A stretch of 64,000 nt of DNA. Source: an uncultured bacterium (GTDB taxonomy: Bacteria; Chloroflexota; UBA5177; JANWHV01). A program made the translations under genes and the position numbers. The number at the start of each line of letters is the position of its first letter. The first letter of the stretch is position 1. Location of the stretch: the NCBI GenBank assembly GCA_963827235.1, contig CAWHAE010000017.1, positions 32,001-96,000 of the forward strand. The letters are read 5' to 3'. Shown in pieces: positions 59,577-64,000 of the stretch. The notes below the pieces were generated by a model. It saw only the letters and a program-made list of their open reading frames with translations. It was not told the DNA's origin and ran no database searches.

Positions 59577-59855
59577 ATGGCGGCCAGCGTCGTGACTCTC
59601 CGGCAGCACCTGATAGAGGTCTACCTGCCGGTCATGTTGTCACCTGCACAGTGGGGCCATGTCTCAACCGCGGATCTCTCAGCATTCCTCACGTTCGCCC
59701 TACCGCCCGAGCGCGCTCTTACGCTGCGGGTGGAGCGCATGGACGGCACCAATGTGCAGCTGGGCGTGAGGGCATCGGTGGCCACTGAAGCGGCGCGGCC
59801 GACCACGGAACATGCCCGGGCGGTCGCGCTCGCACTGCTGGGCACCGCTGGCTGA
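59577..59855 (+). CDS. Hypothetical protein or fragment
   Basis: Protein-like composition; no family recognised; start uncertain. Confidence 0.4.
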   Translation: MAASVVTLRQHLIEVYLPVMLSPAQWGHVSTADLSAFLTFALPPERALTLRVERMDGTNVQLGVRASVATEAARPTTEHARAVALALLGTAG

Positions 59856-60092
59856 AGGCCGGCATAGAGACCGGAGTGCTGCGATCAAGGCAAACACGGA
59901 CAGATGTGTGACCGTGATCGAGCGCACGCGAGGAACTCGACTGTTATGGACGCAGTATGCTCTAGTTATAGGAAGAAGAGGCTGCTATCCTGGAGCAGGT
60001 GAAGTTGAAGTTCGTCCGGATAACGGCGCATCGATGGACTGGAGAGCTTGACCCCTGCTTGCGCGACCAGATGCACACATGGAGAGTTCAGG

Positions 60093-61665
60093 ATGGGCAA
60101 AGTTCCACAGGAGACGGTACCGCAAAAGAAGGCCACGTACCTCATCGCGGACGTCGCCACACTTACCGGGGTGCCGGCGCCGCGTCTGCGCTCGTGGGAG
60201 CATGCCGGTATTTTACAGCCGCTGCGATCGCCGAGTGCGACGCGGCTGTATTCCATCGACGACATGGCGCGCGTCCGACTGATTGCGCGCTCGCTCTTGA
60301 AACCCGGGCGGCGCGGCAGTCTGCGCCGTGTGGCCAAGGATTCTTGCAAGCGGCGCCCTGGTCCCCGGGCCGCAGGACTACGCGGGGCTTCCCGGTGCCG
60401 ACGAGCCGAACGTGATGAGCGATGCGGAGTACTGGCAGGCCGTGGTCGCCTCGATGGCCGAGCTGGTCGTGGTCGGGAACGCCGAGGGCCGCGTGACCTC
60501 CATGAATCTGGCCTTGCGCTCACTGCTGCACCTCGAGCCAGGGGCGGAGGAGAATCCGGAGCCTGCCCGGTCACTTGACGGCGAGCCGCCGACCCCGGCG
60601 CTGGAGACCTTGCCGCTGCGATGGTCCGCGCTGACGGGGACGCAGCACCGAGACATTATCCTGATGCTGCCCGGCCCGGCAGGAACCCAGGTGCAGACAT
60701 CCTGGACGGTCACACCGTTGCGCGACACGGATGGTCTGGCTGCCGGCACCGTGGCCGTGGGTCGCATCGTCCCGCCGGACGCATCCCTGCTGCCCGAGGA
60801 CTGGCTGGCCCTGGCGGCGAATGACCTGCGCAACCCGGTCACGACCATCCTAGGGCGGCTACAACTGGCTCGCCACGCCGGTGCCGCGCTGCAAGCGGGC
60901 GACCAGGAAGGCGCGCGGAAGCTCGAGAGTCACTTGGCGGTGGCGGAGCGAAGCGCGGAGAACCTGATTCGGGTGATGGAAACCGTGCTGGATGCATCCA
61001 AGGCCACCAAGGGGTTGCTCATCCACGATCTGGAGCCCGAAGGAGTGGACCTGACACTCCTTGCCCGGCAAGTTGTCGAGCACGAACAGCAACAAACCTC
61101 CCGCCACACGGTGACGCTCGAGGCACCGCCGGGACCGCTCCGGGTGGCCGGCGATCGCATTCGGCTGCGCCAAGTAATCCACAACCTGTTGACCAATGCG
61201 ATCAGGTATTCGCCCGAAGGCGGGGCGATCGACATGCGTCTTGAAGCGGCGGCGGCGCCATCCATGCTGCTGTTCGGCGACGATCGGGCGGCAGTCGGCA
61301 CCTCTCATGCAGCGGCCGATTGGGTCTGGGTGCGCGTGGCGGACACCGGTATGGGCATCTCGTCCGCCGCCTTGCCGCACGTGTTCGATCGTTACTGGCG
61401 GGCACCCGACTCGGAGCCGGTGATTGGCGGCGCGGGACTGGGGCTTTACGTGTGCCGGGCCATCGTGGCAGCCCACGGCGGCCACATCTGGGTAGAGCGC
61501 AGCGTGTGCGCCGCCGAGGCTGATAGCACTGCCGGCGGCTGGCACGGAACGGTAGTGGCTGTCGTGCTTCCGCTTATTGAGGCGCCGGCGCACGGTGCCA
61601 CGCCGGGCGAGGCAGCAACGGACAATCAGCAGCCTTCCGAGCATCCTAGCACGGCTGTGAGGTAA
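60093..61665 (+). CDS. MerR-HTH + PAS-like + HisKA(His->Asn) + HATPase cytoplasmic kinase, split by a +1 frameshift near 60338
   Basis: YLIADVATLTGVPAPRLRSWE.AG.L.P.RS....RLYS (MerR); VVGNAEGRVTSMN...VTPLRD.DG (PAS-like); AANDLRNP; NLLTNAIRYS, DTGMGI, GAGLGL. Confidence 0.85.
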
Positions 61666-61681
61666 GGAGGAGGGAGACAAC

Positions 61682-63340
61682 GTGGCGGAGTTGCAACGAG
61701 TCACGCCGGGCATGGTCGTCGCCGCGGCACCACGGGTGGTCGACTCGACAGGTGTGCCGAACCTGGATCTGATCCTGGGCGGCGGCCTGGCTCGGGGCAC
61801 CCTGGCGATCGTGGTCGGGCCCCCGGGATCGGGGAAAACAACACTGGCCCTGCAGACGGCCTGGGCCGCCGCCCGCGCCGGCCGGCAAGTGCTGATCTTC
61901 ACCGTGCTCTCGGAGGCGCCGAGCAAGCTGCTGGCGCATCTGAGTGCCTACGAGTTCTTCGATCCCTCGCTGATCGGCGAGCGGGTGAAGCTGCTCAGCC
62001 TGCAGCCCTTCCTGGACGCGGGGCTGGCCGGCGCGAGCCAGGCGATGATCGACCTGGTGCGTGTTGAGCGCGCGAGCCTGGTCGTCCTGGACGGGTTCAG
62101 CGGCATGCGGGCCATCGACGCCGGTCGCCTGGCGGGCCGGCACTTCATGTTTGAGGTCGGCACCGCGTTGAGTGCGCAGGAAACGACCACCATCATCACG
62201 ACTGAGGCGGAAATCCGGGATCCCCTCTTCTTTCCTGAAGCGACCACTGCGGATACGATCATCGGCCTGCATTTCCGCGTCGACGGGGAGCGGCAGCGGC
62301 GGCGGTTGGAGGTGGTGAAGGCGCGCGGAGCCACGCCCCTCTCTGGGCTGCACAGCCTGGAGCTGAGCTCAGCGGGGGTGGCGGTCTCGCCGCGACTGGA
62401 GGCCCGTGTCGTGCAGACCGGGCGGAATTCCGGGACCATGGCCGACGTGGATGAGCCCGAGCCGGCTACGGCACCCGATCCGGCGCCCCTCGCACACGCG
62501 ACCTTTGACCTTCCAGCCCTGGACGCGCTACTGAACGGCGGACTGACGCGGGCCACGACCACGGTCGTGATCGGGAGCGGGGGCACGGGCAAGACGCTGC
62601 TAGGCCTGCACTTTGCCCTGGCCGGTGTCCGCGGCGGCGAGCCGGTGGTGTTCCTTGGGTTCCACGAGAACCGGCGCCAGCTGTTGCTCAAGGCGGACGC
62701 CTTCAATCTGGGTAAAGAGCTCCGCGACGCGCTGGCGCCCGGAGGCGGCTTGACCATGTTGCACTATCCGGCGGTCGAGCTGGATGCCGACGCCCTCGCC
62801 GACCAGCTGCTAGCCGCCCTCGATCGCACGCACGCTCAGCGGCTGATCATCGACAGCATCGCCGTGGTCGAGCGGGCGGTGAGCGAAGGGAGCAGTCCCC
62901 GTCGGGTGCAGAACTACCTGTCGGCATTGATTACCGCTCTGCAAGCGCGGCGAATCAGCGCGCTCTTTACGAAGGAGACCGGCCCGCTTGCCGGGTCCGA
63001 CCTGGAGCTGGAGACCGACCTGGGCTCGGGTGTAGCGGAGAACGTAGTGTGGCTGCAGGCCGTGATCTTACGCGGGCGGCTGTACCGGGTGCTGTCGGTA
63101 CTCAAGATGCGGTACTCGCCACACGACCTCACGCTGCGCGAGTTCACGATTGCCGCGCCCGCCGGTATTGCCGTGCGCGGTCCGCTGGAGAGCGCGCCGG
63201 GATTGCTGGCCAGCATCGAGCGGGAAGAGGGAGAATTCCGGCCCAGCGCGGTCGCGGGCGCGGTCAGCGGCCACACCCGCTCGCGCCGTGCACGAGACCG
63301 GCAGCCGCTCTCCAGGGAAGCACGCAAGGAGGAGGAATGA
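61682..63340 (+). CDS. Double-domain KaiC-like (RAD55/KaiC) ATPase
   Basis: STGVPNLD.ILGGG, two Walker A motifs (GPPGSGKT, GSGGTGKT), Walker B VLDG / IIDS, KxR fingers VVKARG and VLKMR. Confidence 0.92.
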   Translation: MAELQRVTPGMVVAAAPRVVDSTGVPNLDLILGGGLARGTLAIVVGPPGSGKTTLALQTAWAAARAGRQVLIFTVLSEAPSKLLAHLSAYEFFDPSLIGERVKLLSLQPFLDAGLAGASQAMIDLVRVERASLVVLDGFSGMRAIDAGRLAGRHFMFEVGTALSAQETTTIITTEAEIRDPLFFPEATTADTIIGLHFRVDGERQRRRLEVVKARGATPLSGLHSLELSSAGVAVSPRLEARVVQTGRNSGTMADVDEPEPATAPDPAPLAHATFDLPALDALLNGGLTRATTTVVIGSGGTGKTLLGLHFALAGVRGGEPVVFLGFHENRRQLLLKADAFNLGKELRDALAPGGGLTMLHYPAVELDADALADQLLAALDRTHAQRLIIDSIAVVERAVSEGSSPRRVQNYLSALITALQARRISALFTKETGPLAGSDLELETDLGSGVAENVVWLQAVILRGRLYRVLSVLKMRYSPHDLTLREFTIAAPAGIAVRGPLESAPGLLASIEREEGEFRPSAVAGAVSGHTRSRRARDRQPLSREARKEEE

Positions 63341-63807
63341 CTGCCGCGACGTCCAGTCAACAGACAGAGGAAGCAATGGAGCCGGCTCTGGTGCTGATTG
63401 CGGAGGACGAGGAGCCGCTGGCGGAGACCGTCGCCTTCATCGTGCGCGAAACGGGCTACACGCCACTGATCGCGCTGCATGGTCGACAGGCGCTTGAGCT
63501 CGCACGGGCTCGGCGCCCGGCGCTGCTGATTCTCGACTTGATGCTGCCCTATCTGGATGGAGCGGCCGTCATTGCCGCGCTGCGAGAAGATGCCAGGAGC
63601 GACGGCACGAGCGCACCGCCAATCGTCGTGATGACCGGCGCCAGCCTGGCCATGGCGCGGGCAGCCCGTGCCGACGCGGTGCTGCGCAAGCCCTTTCACT
63701 TGGCGGATCTGGAACAGTTGCTGAGGCGCTTCCTGGCGCCTGCGCCCGCTGCCGATCAGGTGCAGACAGCCAATGGCTCCGCCACACGACAGGTGGGCAC
63801 GCCTTGA
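63337..63807 (+). CDS. Stand-alone receiver (CheY-like) response regulator
   Basis: LIAEDE, LDLMLP..DG, VVMTG, LRKPF. ATGA overlap with the KaiC-like gene; alternative start at 63376. Confidence 0.93.
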   Translation: MTAATSSQQTEEAMEPALVLIAEDEEPLAETVAFIVRETGYTPLIALHGRQALELARARRPALLILDLMLPYLDGAAVIAALREDARSDGTSAPPIVVMTGASLAMARAARADAVLRKPFHLADLEQLLRRFLAPAPAADQVQTANGSATRQVGTP

Positions 63808-64000
63808 ACATGTAGGATGCACGGGTCTCAGCATGGCCTCCGGACACGGCGAGCGAGCGTGCCACGACGCCCATACGACTACGGTCTTGCCTCGTCCATT
63901 GCGAGTGTAGTGTCGAGGAGTGCCGTATTCTCTTGCACGCGAAGAGGAGCCTCTTCAATGCCACGAATACGACACATCAAGCGTCAGTTCACCGCCGGCA

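Noticed and set aside
50270-60345. Programmed frameshifting as the cause of split genes
   Set aside because: No slippery heptamers or stimulatory structures are evident; scattered single-base indels fit sequencing error or decay better.
1-64000. CRISPR array, tRNA/rRNA, integron attC array, prophage genes
   Set aside because: No regularly spaced repeats, cloverleaf or rRNA signatures, or phage structural motifs were seen on reading.

Overview
High-GC bacterial accessory region, probably from a soil Terrabacteria lineage (Chloroflexota-like; inferred from F420-type LLM oxidoreductases, the cold-shock protein style and the double-domain KaiC-like ATPase). I found no rRNA, tRNA or CRISPR array. 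Largely intact modules are: a MarR-linked DrrAB-type exporter; an intact tyrosine recombinase; a ~21 kb LacI-controlled hemicellulose/oligosaccharide locus (GH51 remnant, GH95, GH30, GH3, two GH39-like enzymes, a sugar ABC importer, two TIM-barrel isomerases, an NAD epimerase, an LLM and URO-D-like genes); MarR-MFS; a BaeSR-like two-component pair; a tightly coupled block of ackA remnant, phosphoketolase, class I FBA, ManA, HAD-IIB PMM-like, GH130, type IIIA H+ P-ATPase and PPK2 remnant; PRC-barrel/BON/SPFH/MgtC stress-type genes; and a MerR-HTH-fused histidine kinase (His->Asn) with a KaiC-like ATPase and a receiver protein. Between these modules lie about 20 abruptly truncated gene fragments, including flagellin, IS21, IS1182-like, rve integrase, DUF499, sulfocyanin, YceI, CocE and DUF1003. 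Two regions (38.4-40.9 kb and 53.8-59.5 kb) look like old paralogous blocks with reciprocal gene loss, and they share a perfect 83-bp inverted copy. Several single-base frameshifts may be sequencing errors. The best candidates for undescribed systems are the mannoside-to-phosphoketolase-to-proton-pump cluster and the MerR-kinase/KaiC/receiver operon. All family calls come from motif recognition by eye, not database searches.
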